15,834 nucleotides of DNA, taken from positions 1 to 15,834 of the forward strand of contig JBEQAF010000047.1 in NCBI GenBank assembly GCA_041640455.1, in the 5' to 3' direction. The notes under the pieces were generated by a model. That model did no database searches, was not told the origin of the DNA, and saw nothing but the letters and a program-made list of their open reading frames with translations. The stretch comes from a bacterium (lineage in GTDB: Bacteria > CALINM01). Below, piece after piece: positions 1 through 12,736 of the stretch (position 1 is its first letter; every line of letters starts with the position of its first letter). Both the position numbers and the translations under genes were made by a program.

Positions 1-2
1 TC

Positions 3-110
3 ATTATGGACTCTATGGGAAAGACCTTTAAGTTTCTCTGCCAGACCAGAGGGATAGAAAAAGAAAACTTTGTTGGATTTAGCATGAGAGATTACAAAAA
101 ATGGCTTTAA
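3..110 (+). CDS. 3' end of an upstream CDS, unidentified (partial, runs off the window start)
   Basis: Frame is open from the window edge (IMDSMGKTFKFLCQTRGIEKENFVGFSMRDYKKWL) to TAA at 108-110, 11 nt before the likely ATG of the next gene. No recognisable motif. Confidence 0.45.
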   Translation: MMDSMGKTFKFLCQTRGIEKENFVGFSMRDYKKWL

Positions 111-121
111 AAGGGTTTGTT

Positions 122-1735
122 ATGAAGAAAACTTTTATCTATCTTTTTTTGTTATTGCTCTTTCAGTCAGGCTCAGCCTATGGAAAGACACTGCTTTTAA
201 AGGGAGATCTGAATTCAAAAATAGAAGTAAATCAGATAATTACTTTCAAGCCTAAGGGAAACATATCTAAGTTAAAGTATAGATTTGCGCTCCCCACAGC
301 TTACAGCACCCCCATAAGCATTCAGGAACTGGAAAGTTTAGATATTAGCTACTCCATACCTCCCTCAAAAACAGAGGATCAGAAAGATAAAGAGGGTAAT
401 ACTTTTCGGATTCTTTACTTTGAAAATGTCTCAAAAGATATTGATGTGAAGATCCGATTTGTGGTGAAAAAGAAAGATTCGCTGAGAGAGCTGGTGTTTA
501 ATGATCCTTTTCCCATCAAAGAGCTGAGAGGGATAAATGATAAATATGTTAGCAAAAGCGCCATGGCTCAGTCAGAAGATCCTGAAATCAAAGAGATAGC
601 AAAAAGAATATCAGGTAGTTCTAAGAACCTTTATGATGTGGTCAACAGGGTAATAAACTATGTAACTGATAATGTAAAGTATACCTACAATCCTGAAAAA
701 TATGATGCCCTGTTTACCCTGAGAACCAGAACAGGAAACTGTCAGAATATTGCACATTTAAGCATAGCCTTTCTCAGGGCACTCAATATACCTGCAAGAA
801 TAGTGGGCGGCATTACATTAAAAGATCAGTGGAAGATTCCACTCGGCAAAGAAGGTTATCTGGTTCAGAGCATGGGGCAGGGCGGACATGCATGGATTGA
901 AGTATTTTTTCCTGCTTATGGCTGGCTTCCGTTTGATCCACAGCAGTCTAAAAACTTTGTCTCCACCAGGCATATAAAGCAGACCCATGGTGCTGATTCA
1001 AACGAGATCAACGATTCATGGAGCGCCTCACCTACCCTTCCTGCATATCAAGAAGAGATATCAGCACGATTCATTGAAGACAGGATTGAAATAAACCTTG
1101 AAAATGCAGAGCCCGTTCCAAATTCTTACATTGCGGGGGTAAGCTATAAAGGTATAACTACAACAGCTAAGCCTGTGGAAGAAAGAAGGGTGGAAGAAAG
1201 CAAAGAAAAAATATTTAGTTTCGGAAACACCAGCTTTCCAAATCTTGTTAATCTTTACTCTGAACAGGACGAGAGAGGGGTAAGAATTCTTGACAAAGAG
1301 ACTGCCGAATATGTGTCATCTCAGGATATCTATGCCCAGAGATTTGAGATAAAAGAAAAGCTGAAAATCCAGGAGATATCCCTTGCTCTGCATAAATTCG
1401 GGGGTGATGGTGCCGTATTTATTGACCTGGTGGAGGATCAGGATGGTAGACCTTCGCTGAAGGGGGTAAGGTCAGAGCTTGTTTTTTTAAAAGATATAGA
1501 GAGAAAGCAGGGTTACTACTGGGTAAACTTTCGCTTTGATAATGATACCATTCTGGATCAGAAAAAATACTGGATTATTTTCAGAAAATCTGGAGAAGCA
1601 ATTATAAACTGGTTTTACATACCAGGAAATCCTTTCGGTGACAGTGATGATACCAGATCTACCAGAAAAGGTTGGAACTGGAATGATCTTCTGAACTATG
1701 ATTTTGTATTTAAGGTAAATGCCGAAAGATTATAA
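122..1735 (+). CDS. Secreted transglutaminase-like (papain-fold, Cys-His-Asp) domain protein with an extra C-terminal beta-rich domain
   Basis: Triad motifs GNCQNIAH (Cys), GGHAWIEVF (His) and GWLPFDP (Asp), plus LRALNIPARIVGG. Signal-peptide-like N-terminus MKKTFIYLFLLLLFQSGSAYG. I prefer ATG 122 over the track's ATG 101 because it gives a canonical signal peptide and avoids overlap with the upstream frame. Confidence 0.85.
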   Translation: MKKTFIYLFLLLLFQSGSAYGKTLLLKGDLNSKIEVNQIITFKPKGNISKLKYRFALPTAYSTPISIQELESLDISYSIPPSKTEDQKDKEGNTFRILYFENVSKDIDVKIRFVVKKKDSLRELVFNDPFPIKELRGINDKYVSKSAMAQSEDPEIKEIAKRISGSSKNLYDVVNRVINYVTDNVKYTYNPEKYDALFTLRTRTGNCQNIAHLSIAFLRALNIPARIVGGITLKDQWKIPLGKEGYLVQSMGQGGHAWIEVFFPAYGWLPFDPQQSKNFVSTRHIKQTHGADSNEINDSWSASPTLPAYQEEISARFIEDRIEINLENAEPVPNSYIAGVSYKGITTTAKPVEERRVEESKEKIFSFGNTSFPNLVNLYSEQDERGVRILDKETAEYVSSQDIYAQRFEIKEKLKIQEISLALHKFGGDGAVFIDLVEDQDGRPSLKGVRSELVFLKDIERKQGYYWVNFRFDNDTILDQKKYWIIFRKSGEAIINWFYIPGNPFGDSDDTRSTRKGWNWNDLLNYDFVFKVNAERL

Positions 1736-2257
1736 GATCTCTTTAAGCTCAGCAAGCTTTTTCTCGTCAATTGAGGGGCATTCTTCAGGTTCCGCATCTC
1801 CCTGAGCCAGCTTAACGGCAAAAGCCATGCAGGTTCTATATCCACATTTTTTACAGTTTGTTTGAGGAAGGAACTTAAAAATCTCGATGGCAGATGGGGG
1901 ATTCCATTCTTTATAGCTTGGAGTAATCTTTGATTTTTCTCTGTCTATATGATGTAGAAAATCAATTAGCTGAACAATAACATCAACTGCCTCTTCATTG
2001 GAGCTGAATTTTCCGAGAATAATCTCATTTCTTTTGCAGGCAATTTCGTATCTTGCTGGCAGATTATGGGGAAATCCTTCAAAAGGGAATCGTATCCAGG
2101 GGATGCCGGGCAGATATCTTACCTTTTTCAGATAACCGTTAATATATGGAAAAAGTGGGGAAATATCTTCTTTTGTAGTAACTACAGCCCTCAGAATACC
2201 TGTTCCAGGCAGGCAAACAATGTTATCAATAGCCTTTATCTCATAACTAATCTGCAT
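1730..2257 (-). CDS. (Fe-S)-binding protein with C-terminal 4Fe-4S 'FeS' domain
   Basis: C-terminal LPQTNCKKCGYRTCMAFAVKL...EECP is the CxxCxxxxC...CP motif of the FeS domain shared with RnfB and AcsC N-termini. The N-terminal C-x-PG...DISPLFPYIN is typical of this anaerobe family. Confidence 0.85.
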   Translation of the reverse strand: MQISYEIKAIDNIVCLPGTGILRAVVTTKEDISPLFPYINGYLKKVRYLPGIPWIRFPFEGFPHNLPARYEIACKRNEIILGKFSSNEEAVDVIVQLIDFLHHIDREKSKITPSYKEWNPPSAIEIFKFLPQTNCKKCGYRTCMAFAVKLAQGDAEPEECPSIDEKKLAELKEIL

Positions 2258-2263
2258 AAGAAA

Positions 2264-2272
2264 AATATAACA
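2264..2272 (-). promoter_or_regulatory. Putative extended -10 promoter (TGnTATATT) 6 nt upstream of the Fe-S gene ATG
   Basis: Minus strand reads ctg-TG-t-TATATT-tttctt-ATG. No SD-like sequence near the start codon. Confidence 0.5.
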
Positions 2273-2555
2273 CAGATTAGCTGATATAAAAAGGAGGTTT
2301 TTAAAAGCAGATATTTTATGCCATAGATCTCATATTTAAATAGGGTTAGAAAGTCGATAAGCAGATTAAAAATCAAAGCCTCAGGCTAACCAGCTATTCT
2401 CAATTATGACATATACGGATAGAGGTTTCAGAATAAAATTATAATAGCCTGTAAACAGATACCTCCTCAATATCTGATAAATAATGATTTTTTTGATAGG
2501 ATGTTTTTGTAGATGGGCTAAATGAGGTTAGAGGGTTTTGGTCTGTCCATAAAGA

Positions 2556-2585
2556 TTGACAAGTTTTTATTATTATTTATATAAT
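2556..2585 (+). promoter_or_regulatory. Sigma70-type promoter of tRNA-Leu
   Basis: TTGACA (2556-2561), 18-nt spacer, TATAAT (2580-2585). Both hexamers are perfect consensus and end 15 nt before the tRNA. Confidence 0.8.
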
Positions 2586-2600
2586 TATTCATTAATTTTA

Positions 2601-2684
2601 GCCGGAGTGGTGGAACAGGCAGACGCGCTGGACTCAAAATCCAGTGAGGGCAACCTCGTGCGAGTTCGATTCTCGCCTCCGGCA
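2601..2684 (+). tRNA. tRNA-Leu (anticodon CAA), CCA not encoded
   Basis: Acceptor stem GCCGGAG/CTCCGGC with discriminator A. D-arm TGGTGGAACAGGCAGACGC. Anticodon stem CTGGA/TCCAG with loop CTCAAAA. Long variable arm GAGG-GCAA-CCTC. T-arm GCGAG-TTCGATT-CTCGC. Confidence 0.97.
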
Positions 2685-2694
2685 TTTGTTATTT

Positions 2695-6058
<3,364 letters not shown>

Positions 6059-6059
6059 T

Positions 6060-7646
6060 CTAAATCTCTATAGAAGTCACCGATATAATATTTGGAAGTT
6101 TAAGCATCTCATCAATAACCTCTTTACCTACAGGCTGATCTAAGTGAAGTATGGATATGGCTGTCCCACCTGCTTTATCTCTTCCCCAGCTCATGCTACC
6201 GATGTTTATGTTCATTTTACCAAGAGTTGTCCCAATGTTTCCGATAACTCCTGGCTTGTCATGGTTGTAAAGCATGATAATATGTCCTTCCGGAGCTGCT
6301 TCTACATAATAGTTATTAATTCTTATAATCCTCGGATCTTTACCAAAAATGGTGCCCTGGATGGAGAAGGTCTCCTTATCGGTTTTTGCTGTTGCTATGA
6401 TAAGATTGTTAAATTCTTTTTTAAATGTGTTTTTTGACTCCTGAATATTCAGCCCTCTTTCTTTTGCTATAAGAGGCGCATTAACGTAGTTTACTTCACC
6501 TTTTTCAAGCATTTTAGAGAAAAGCCCCTTAAGGAATGCGACAGTTAAAACATTAACCTTCTTGTCTGCAATATCACCTAAGTATTCAATCGTAAGCTCT
6601 TTGATAGCTCCTTTAATAGACTGACCTGTAAAAGCACCGATGCCTTCCGAAAGTTTGAGGAATGGATCAAGATAGGTAAGCTCATCTCCTGACAATGAAG
6701 GCACATTGACGGCGTTAACAATAATGCCTCTTTCGAGGTAATCCACAATCTGCTCTGCAATGGAGATGGAGACATTAATCTGTGCCTCCTCTGTTGATGC
6801 ACCCAGATGGGGTGTGCAGATAAAATTATCCAGAGTAAGAAGAGGGTTCTCGGGATCAACCGGTTCTTTTTCAAAAACATCAAAGGCTGCTCCAGCAACT
6901 TTTCCAGACTTTAGTGCCTCAAAAAGGTCTTTTTCGTTTACAATACCGCCTCTTGCGCAGTTTATAATATAAACTCCGTTTCTCATTTTTGAAATAGTAT
7001 CTTTATTTATCAGGTTTTTTGTATCTTCCAGAAGAGGAACATGAATAGTGATGTAGTGGGATCTGGCAAACAGGTCATCAAGGCTTACCAGTTCAATACC
7101 TCTTTTTGCTGCCACCTCCTCTGAGATATAGGGGTCATAAGCGATAACATTCATTTTTAACCCCTTTGCCCTATCTGCAACAATAGAACCGATGTTTCCA
7201 AGCCCTATTATGCCGAGGGTTTTGTTAAAGATCTCTCTCCCGACAAATTTATTTTTCTCCCATTTTCCGCACTTCATCGATGCAGTTGCCTGAGGTATAT
7301 GTCTTGTGAGAGCCATAAGCATGGCTATGGAGTGCTCTGCTGTGGTTATATTGTTACCGCCTGGCGTATTCATTACCACAATACCTTTTTTAGTTGCCGC
7401 AGGCACATCTATGTTATCGACGCCTATTCCTGCTCTGCCTATTACCTTTAATCTGGTACCTTTTTCAATAACCTCAGCATCCACCTTTGTAGCGCTTCTT
7501 ACAGAAAGGGCATCAAATTCTCCCACTATCTGGAGAAGCTCCTCTCGAGATATCTTACTCTTTATGACAGCATCTATATTTTTTGAACTTTTAAGTATTT
7601 TTGCGCCCTCTTCTGCCATCCCGTCACATACTAACACTCTGAACAT
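6060..7646 (-). CDS. serA: D-3-phosphoglycerate dehydrogenase (type I, with ASB and ACT domains)
   Basis: VRSATKV, GRAGIGVDNID, GLGNIG, INCARGGIVNE, TPHLGASTEEAQ and ACT motif NHDKPGVIG; 528 aa. SD AAGGAGG overlaps the upstream stop codon. Confidence 0.97.
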   Translation of the reverse strand: MFRVLVCDGMAEEGAKILKSSKNIDAVIKSKISREELLQIVGEFDALSVRSATKVDAEVIEKGTRLKVIGRAGIGVDNIDVPAATKKGIVVMNTPGGNNITTAEHSIAMLMALTRHIPQATASMKCGKWEKNKFVGREIFNKTLGIIGLGNIGSIVADRAKGLKMNVIAYDPYISEEVAAKRGIELVSLDDLFARSHYITIHVPLLEDTKNLINKDTISKMRNGVYIINCARGGIVNEKDLFEALKSGKVAGAAFDVFEKEPVDPENPLLTLDNFICTPHLGASTEEAQINVSISIAEQIVDYLERGIIVNAVNVPSLSGDELTYLDPFLKLSEGIGAFTGQSIKGAIKELTIEYLGDIADKKVNVLTVAFLKGLFSKMLEKGEVNYVNAPLIAKERGLNIQESKNTFKKEFNNLIIATAKTDKETFSIQGTIFGKDPRIIRINNYYVEAAPEGHIIMLYNHDKPGVIGNIGTTLGKMNINIGSMSWGRDKAGGTAISILHLDQPVGKEVIDEMLKLPNIISVTSIEI

Positions 7647-7655
7647 AAAACCTCC

Positions 7656-8792
7656 TTATTCAGCTAATATTTCTAAAGCTTTTTTAACTCCCGCACCCAG
7701 TTCAAAATTATAGTTAAGTGATTTCAGCGCAAACTCTATGGCAGATACAGCAATTATTATGTCAAACCTGTCGTAATAGCCAAGGTGAGCAATTCTGAAA
7801 ATCTTCCCCTTAGCCTGATCCTGTCCACCGGTGATGGTAACTCCTAACCTATCTCTACAATATTTGATAATCTTTCCAGCTTCGATGCCTTCAGGCGAAT
7901 AAACGGCTGTAACTGCGTTACTTGGCGATTCTGGAGCAAATAGCTTGAGCCCTATGGCTTTCATAGCCTCTCTGGTGGCATCAGCAAGCTTCTGATGTCT
8001 TTTATATATATTTTCAAGCCCTTCTTTTTTCATCTCTTTTAGAACCTGTGATAGACCCATAATAAGTGATACAGCAGGTGTATAAGCTGTCTGATTATCC
8101 TTAATATTTTTCAGCTCTTTCTTAAAATCAAAATAGAATTTAGGGAGAGTGGATTTTTCTATAAAACTCCATGCTTTATCTGAAACACCTGCAAAGGCAA
8201 GCCCTGGAGGAAGCATTAACGCCTTCTGAGATCCTGTAATCAGCACATCAATCCCCCATTCGTCCATGGGAAGAGGAAATACACCCACCCCGGTAATGCC
8301 ATCTACAACCAGCACAGTGTTTTCATATTTTTTGACCACATCAGCAATCTCTTTTACAGGAAAGACAACGCCTGTAGACGTCTCGCTGGCTTGAATAAAT
8401 ACAGCTTTAATCTCAGGATTTTCCGTTAATGCCTTTTCTACCTCTTCTGCTTTAACAGCCTTTCCCCATTCAACCTTGATAACTGTGGTATTTACTCCAT
8501 AAGCCTTGCAGATGTTATTCCATCTTTCACCAAACTTTCCACCATCAACAACAAGCGCCCTGTCGCCTTTGGAGAGAAGATTAGTTACAGCTCCATCCAT
8601 AGCTCCTGTACCAGATGCTGCAAAGATCAGCACTTCATTTTTTGTGCCGAATAGCCATTTTAAGTTTTCCCGAACCTCTTCCATGAGCGGAATGAACTCA
8701 GGCGCCCGGTGATGAATAATCGGTTTAGCCATTTCGAGCTGCACTTCCGGAGAGATCATTGTTGGTCCTGGAGTAAGCAGATATCTTTTCAT
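7656..8792 (-). CDS. Class V PLP-dependent aminotransferase (alanine-glyoxylate/serine-pyruvate family), probably acting as phosphoserine aminotransferase
   Basis: LLTPGPT, IHHR, SGTGAMD, GKFGERW, ETSTGV, VVDGI, PLP-lysine motif GSQKALMLPPG and IFRIAHLG. The phosphoserine role is inferred from its position directly upstream of serA. Confidence 0.92.
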   Translation of the reverse strand: MKRYLLTPGPTMISPEVQLEMAKPIIHHRAPEFIPLMEEVRENLKWLFGTKNEVLIFAASGTGAMDGAVTNLLSKGDRALVVDGGKFGERWNNICKAYGVNTTVIKVEWGKAVKAEEVEKALTENPEIKAVFIQASETSTGVVFPVKEIADVVKKYENTVLVVDGITGVGVFPLPMDEWGIDVLITGSQKALMLPPGLAFAGVSDKAWSFIEKSTLPKFYFDFKKELKNIKDNQTAYTPAVSLIMGLSQVLKEMKKEGLENIYKRHQKLADATREAMKAIGLKLFAPESPSNAVTAVYSPEGIEAGKIIKYCRDRLGVTITGGQDQAKGKIFRIAHLGYYDRFDIIIAVSAIEFALKSLNYNFELGAGVKKALEILAE

Positions 8793-8823
8793 GACAATAC
8801 CCCCATTTTAAATTATGGAAAAA

Positions 8824-8852
8824 ACTATATATTAAATAAAATCATTTGTCAA
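8824..8852 (-). promoter_or_regulatory. Sigma70-type promoter of the aminotransferase-serA-hisZ-purA operon
   Basis: Minus strand: TTGACA (8852-8847), 17-nt spacer, TATAGT (8829-8824). SD-like GGGGGT at 8804-8799, 6 nt before the ATG. Confidence 0.75.
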
Positions 8853-8875
8853 TATAACAACATTTTTGAATAGAA

Positions 8876-8904
8876 TTGTTTTTTTTGTCTAACCAGATTA
8901 TATT
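8876..8904 (+). promoter_or_regulatory. Putative dnaJ promoter with leaderless geometry
   Basis: TTGTTT (8876-8881), 17-nt spacer, TATATT (8899-8904), 6 nt, then ATG 8911. No SD. Confidence 0.5.
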
Positions 8905-8910
8905 TTATGT

Positions 8911-9984
8911 ATGGATAAAAAGGATTATTACAAGATTTTAGGTGTGCAGAAAAATGCCACCACTGAGGATATTAAAAAGGCATACAGGGAGCTTGCGAGG
9001 AAATATCATCCCGATGTTAATCCAGGCAACAAGGAGGCAGAGGAGAAGTTTAAAGACATTAATGAAGCCTATGAGGTTTTATCAGATCCAGAAAAAAGAA
9101 GAAACTACGACCTTATGGGAGATTCTTTCTTTCAGCCAAAGTCAGAAGGAGGATTCGGATACACCTATTCCGGTAAAAGCTTTTTTGAGGATCTTTTTGG
9201 TGACTTTTTTTCTGATCTTTTTAATTTTGGTACCAAAAGCAAAGAAAGGGAAGATCGAGGCGAAGATATTGAGACAGAGATTATCATATCATTCAGAGAA
9301 GCCTTTGAAGGAGCTGAAAAGCTTATAAATATCAATATTGAAAAACCCTGCGAAATCTGTAACGAAACAGGACTTGACAGAAAAAATGCTACCCCCTGTC
9401 CCAAATGCCATGGGTCGGGACTAATGTCTGATAAAAAAGGTAGCATCTTTATTCAGAAAACCTGTGATAACTGCAGAGGGATGGGATATATAAATCTCAA
9501 AGTCTGCTCTGCCTGCAAGGGAAAAGGAGTCACCTACGAGACAGAAAAGCTACTTATCAAAATACCTCCTGGAATTGAGAATGGTAAGAGACTAATTTTG
9601 AGAGGTAAAGGAAAAGCTTCAAAGTCTGGAAAAAGGGGAGACCTTTATGTATCTGTCTATGTGGAGCCTCATCCCTATTTTAAAAGGGATGGTATGGATG
9701 TTTATTTAGATCTACCTATATCTATTATTGAAGCAACTTTGGGAGGCAAAGTTGAGATACCTCTACCAGAAGGCAAAATGATAAATCTTAATATACCTCC
9801 CCTTGTATCCAATGGACAGAAACTAAGAATTGCCAGAAAGGGAATGAAAGATGCCTCTGGAAATAGAGGAGATTTATTCTGTATCGTTACTATTGAAACT
9901 CCTGAAAAACTAACCGGTGAGGCAAAAGAGCTCCTTGAAAAGCTTAAAAATCATATCAAACCCCCTAAGCGAGTCTGGAAATAA
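8911..9984 (+). CDS. dnaJ: DnaJ-family co-chaperone (J domain, short G/F region, zinc finger, C-terminal domains)
   Basis: [16 protein letters not shown] (HPD) and [13 protein letters not shown]. Four CxxC repeats ([32 protein letters not shown]), plus GDLYV and HPYFKRDG. It may be a paralogue, because dnaK and grpE are not adjacent. Confidence 0.9.
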   Translation: MDKKDYYKILGVQKNATTEDIKKAYRELARKYHPDVNPGNKEAEEKFKDINEAYEVLSDPEKRRNYDLMGDSFFQPKSEGGFGYTYSGKSFFEDLFGDFFSDLFNFGTKSKEREDRGEDIETEIIISFREAFEGAEKLININIEKPCEICNETGLDRKNATPCPKCHGSGLMSDKKGSIFIQKTCDNCRGMGYINLKVCSACKGKGVTYETEKLLIKIPPGIENGKRLILRGKGKASKSGKRGDLYVSVYVEPHPYFKRDGMDVYLDLPISIIEATLGGKVEIPLPEGKMINLNIPPLVSNGQKLRIARKGMKDASGNRGDLFCIVTIETPEKLTGEAKELLEKLKNHIKPPKRVWK

Positions 9985-12193
9985 AATCATCGGCAGTTTC
10001 TTTTTTCTCTCTTTAACCTCTTATATTTCCGGGGTTATTTTATGGTACAGTACAGAAACCCCCTATCTGCTTATTCTCTGTTTCCCAGCCGCCCCGTTGC
10101 TCCTATATGGAAAAGGCAGATTTTTTAAGATAGCAGTGCTTATTTTGTTTTTATCTTTGGGAGCCCTCAGAGCCTCCTTTATTTATCAGCCTGACTCAAA
10201 AACGCTTTATGGATACGGAAAGATAATAAGTATGCCCAGAGAAAGGGAGTATTACAAGGAGGCTATAATTGGTGTAGATAAAGCTTCATCTCCTACTCAG
10301 AAACAGTTAACGATAAGATTTCCAAAAGATTTTTCCCCAATACTGGCAGATTATATTTATTTTGAAGGAACTTTTAGAGCGCCGCTTTTTTACAGAAACG
10401 ATAATGAATTTCCTGTTTTTTATAATAACTATCTCCAGAAACGATATTATATCAAAGCAGAAAATCTAAAAGTTTTAAAAAGAAATACCCTGATAGATAA
10501 ACTGAACGGCTGGAAGGATGAACTCAGATCAGGATTTTTAAACCTGGGTCCTGGTGGAAAATATTTTTTTATTGAAGTACTGTTCGGGGAAAGGCTAATA
10601 TCTGATCAGATCAGGGAGATTTTTAACTATACCGGAACGAGCCATCTGCTTAGCATATCGGGTCTTCATTTCAGCCTGACAGTTTTTTTTGCCTATCTAA
10701 TTGCGCTTCTCATTTCTACTATTTATCCATCTATACTTTTAAAAATACCCAGACCATATCTTACAATAATCCTTTCTATACCGATTCTTTTTGTTTACGG
10801 ATTTCTTTCAGGGCTGTCTGTTCCAGCCTTTAGAGCCTTTCTTGTATTTCTTTTTGTCTCTCTGTTTCTCTTATTAAATCAGAGAGTCTATTATTTTTCA
10901 CTTTTATGTCTTATTGCACTGATATTTCTTATATTCAATCCCAATTACATATTTTCAATATCCTTTCAGCTTTCCTTTTTAAGTGTGGGGGCATTGATTT
11001 TATCTGCCCATAAATATGGTTCCATTTTGCAAAAAATTAATAACAGAGGTCTAAAATATTTTACAGGCATACTGGCAGGAACTCTTTCTATAACCATAGT
11101 TACTCTTCCGGTGATTACCAATCTTCAGGAAAAGATTATTTTTTCTGGCATCATATCAAATCTCATTGCCATCCCCATATTTTCTTTTTGTATACTACCC
11201 TTTCTTTTTATCAGCATAGCCCTTTTTTTTATAAGCCCATCCCTGTTTAGTTATCTTTTAATAATCCCTGATAAGTTTTTTGAACTACTTTTATATCTAC
11301 TGAAAAATATAAAGGAGCTAATGGTTTTTCATCCCATTGATTTTTATTTTGACTTTAAAACAACGCTGATATATTACGCTTTAATTATTTCATTGCTTTT
11401 TTTTACCAGTTATTACAGGACTCTGTTGATAATTTTGTTTGTTATCATTCTTATATGGACAGAAAGACATAGTAAGATAGATTTTTCAGTAGTCTTTCTG
11501 GATGTGGGACAGGGAGAGTCAGCGATGATGTTCTCCGATGACCGTAAGGCTGTTATGATTGACTGCGGTGGCAATATATACGATGAAAACATTTTTAGAA
11601 ACTCCTATGCGCCCTTTCTAAGAAAATACGGAATAAAGGAGATTGAGGCAGTGGTGGTTTCGCACCCCCATCCTGACCACACTAAAGCACTGAAAGATCT
11701 GACAACTCTTTTGAGGGTAAAAAAGATTTACTTTTTAAAAGACTATGAAAGCTATTTCAGCCATCCTTTCGAAAATACTATATTATCTGCGGTGGAAGAT
11801 AAACAGGAGATTATACTTAAAGGGATGAAAATAAGCATAATCCCGCCGGATTTCAGAGATAAAAAGTTAAACAATAACTCCCTTTGGACAGTTGTTAATA
11901 AGGGAGAAAGGATTTTTGTATTTACTGGTGATACAGAGAAAAGATTTATCCCCCGGATGCTTAAACAGATTGAACGTCCTGATGCAAAAAAAGTGGTTTT
12001 AAAGGTTCCCCATCATGGTTCTAAGTCTTCCTTAGAAGAAAGCTTGTACCACAAACTTAACCCTCAATGGGCTGTAATTTCGGTGGGTAGAGACAACCTC
12101 TGGAATCTGCCTTCCCCAGAGGTGCTGGATTATCTCAAAAAAAAGAAAATAACTTATTACAGAACAGACATTGATGGTGCTGTGAAGTTTTAG
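9917..12193 (+). CDS. comEC: DNA internalization competence protein ComEC/Rec2 (start uncertain)
   Basis: Competence-domain motifs [18 protein letters not shown] and SISFQLSF with many TM segments. Metallo-beta-lactamase domain motifs [35 protein letters not shown] and RTDIDGAV. Confidence 0.93.
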   Translation: MRQKSSLKSLKIISNPLSESGNKIIGSFFFLSLTSYISGVILWYSTETPYLLILCFPAAPLLLYGKGRFFKIAVLILFLSLGALRASFIYQPDSKTLYGYGKIISMPREREYYKEAIIGVDKASSPTQKQLTIRFPKDFSPILADYIYFEGTFRAPLFYRNDNEFPVFYNNYLQKRYYIKAENLKVLKRNTLIDKLNGWKDELRSGFLNLGPGGKYFFIEVLFGERLISDQIREIFNYTGTSHLLSISGLHFSLTVFFAYLIALLISTIYPSILLKIPRPYLTIILSIPILFVYGFLSGLSVPAFRAFLVFLFVSLFLLLNQRVYYFSLLCLIALIFLIFNPNYIFSISFQLSFLSVGALILSAHKYGSILQKINNRGLKYFTGILAGTLSITIVTLPVITNLQEKIIFSGIISNLIAIPIFSFCILPFLFISIALFFISPSLFSYLLIIPDKFFELLLYLLKNIKELMVFHPIDFYFDFKTTLIYYALIISLLFFTSYYRTLLIILFVIILIWTERHSKIDFSVVFLDVGQGESAMMFSDDRKAVMIDCGGNIYDENIFRNSYAPFLRKYGIKEIEAVVVSHPHPDHTKALKDLTTLLRVKKIYFLKDYESYFSHPFENTILSAVEDKQEIILKGMKISIIPPDFRDKKLNNNSLWTVVNKGERIFVFTGDTEKRFIPRMLKQIERPDAKKVVLKVPHHGSKSSLEESLYHKLNPQWAVISVGRDNLWNLPSPEVLDYLKKKKITYYRTDIDGAVKF

Positions 12194-12204
12194 CATAAAA
12201 AAAG

Positions 12205-12259
12205 TTTAAGTTAAAAAAAAAGTCTATTATAATAACTATGATTTAAAATTTCAGGAGGT
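12205..12259 (+). promoter_or_regulatory. Putative ndk promoter and ribosome-binding site
   Basis: TTTAAG (12205-12210), 17-nt spacer, TATAAT (12228-12233). SD AGGAGGT at 12253-12259, 6 nt before ATG 12266. Confidence 0.55.
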
Positions 12260-12265
12260 AGATAG

Positions 12266-12682
12266 ATGGAAAGGACATTTGCTATTATCAAACCCGATGC
12301 GGTGGAGAGAAATATTACGGGTAAGATTATTCAGAAAATTGAGGAAAAAGGCTTTAAGATTATTGCTATGAAAAAGCTATGGCTTACAAAAAAAGCCGCA
12401 GAGGGGTTTTATGCAGTTCATAAAGGGAAGCCCTTTTTTGAGAGCCTTACAGATTATATGTCTTCCGGACCCTGTATAGCCATGGTACTTGAGAAGGAGA
12501 ATGCCATAGCCGACTGGAGAAAGCTCATGGGCGCTACAAACCCTGCTAACGCTGAAGAAGGAACAATAAGAAAAGAGTTTGCTGTTAATCTGGAAAAAAA
12601 CTCCGTCCATGGTTCAGACGCTCCAGAAACAGCCGAGTATGAGATAAAGTATTTTTTCAGTCAGCTCGAGTTCTGCATATAA
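12266..12682 (+). CDS. ndk: Nucleoside diphosphate kinase
   Basis: [39 protein letters not shown] and the catalytic NSVHGSD; 138 aa. Confidence 0.98.
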   Translation: MERTFAIIKPDAVERNITGKIIQKIEEKGFKIIAMKKLWLTKKAAEGFYAVHKGKPFFESLTDYMSSGPCIAMVLEKENAIADWRKLMGATNPANAEEGTIRKEFAVNLEKNSVHGSDAPETAEYEIKYFFSQLEFCI

Positions 12683-12689
12683 ATCAAAA

Positions 12690-12732
12690 ATCAGAGACCA
12701 TGCCATAAAGCAGGGTCTCTGATAATCTTTTT
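12690..12732 (+). terminator. Stem-loop after ndk, possible intrinsic terminator or stabilising hairpin
   Basis: ATCAGAGACC-a-TGC [CATAAA] GCA-g-GGTCTCTGAT (12690-12723), preceded by an A-run and followed by an imperfect T-tract (aatcttttt). Confidence 0.6.
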
Positions 12733-12736
12733 AAAT

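Noticed and set aside
1175..1200. 11-nt direct repeat GTGGAAGAAAG x2
   Set aside because: It encodes a low-complexity linker (VEERRVEESK) and has only two copies, so it is not an array.
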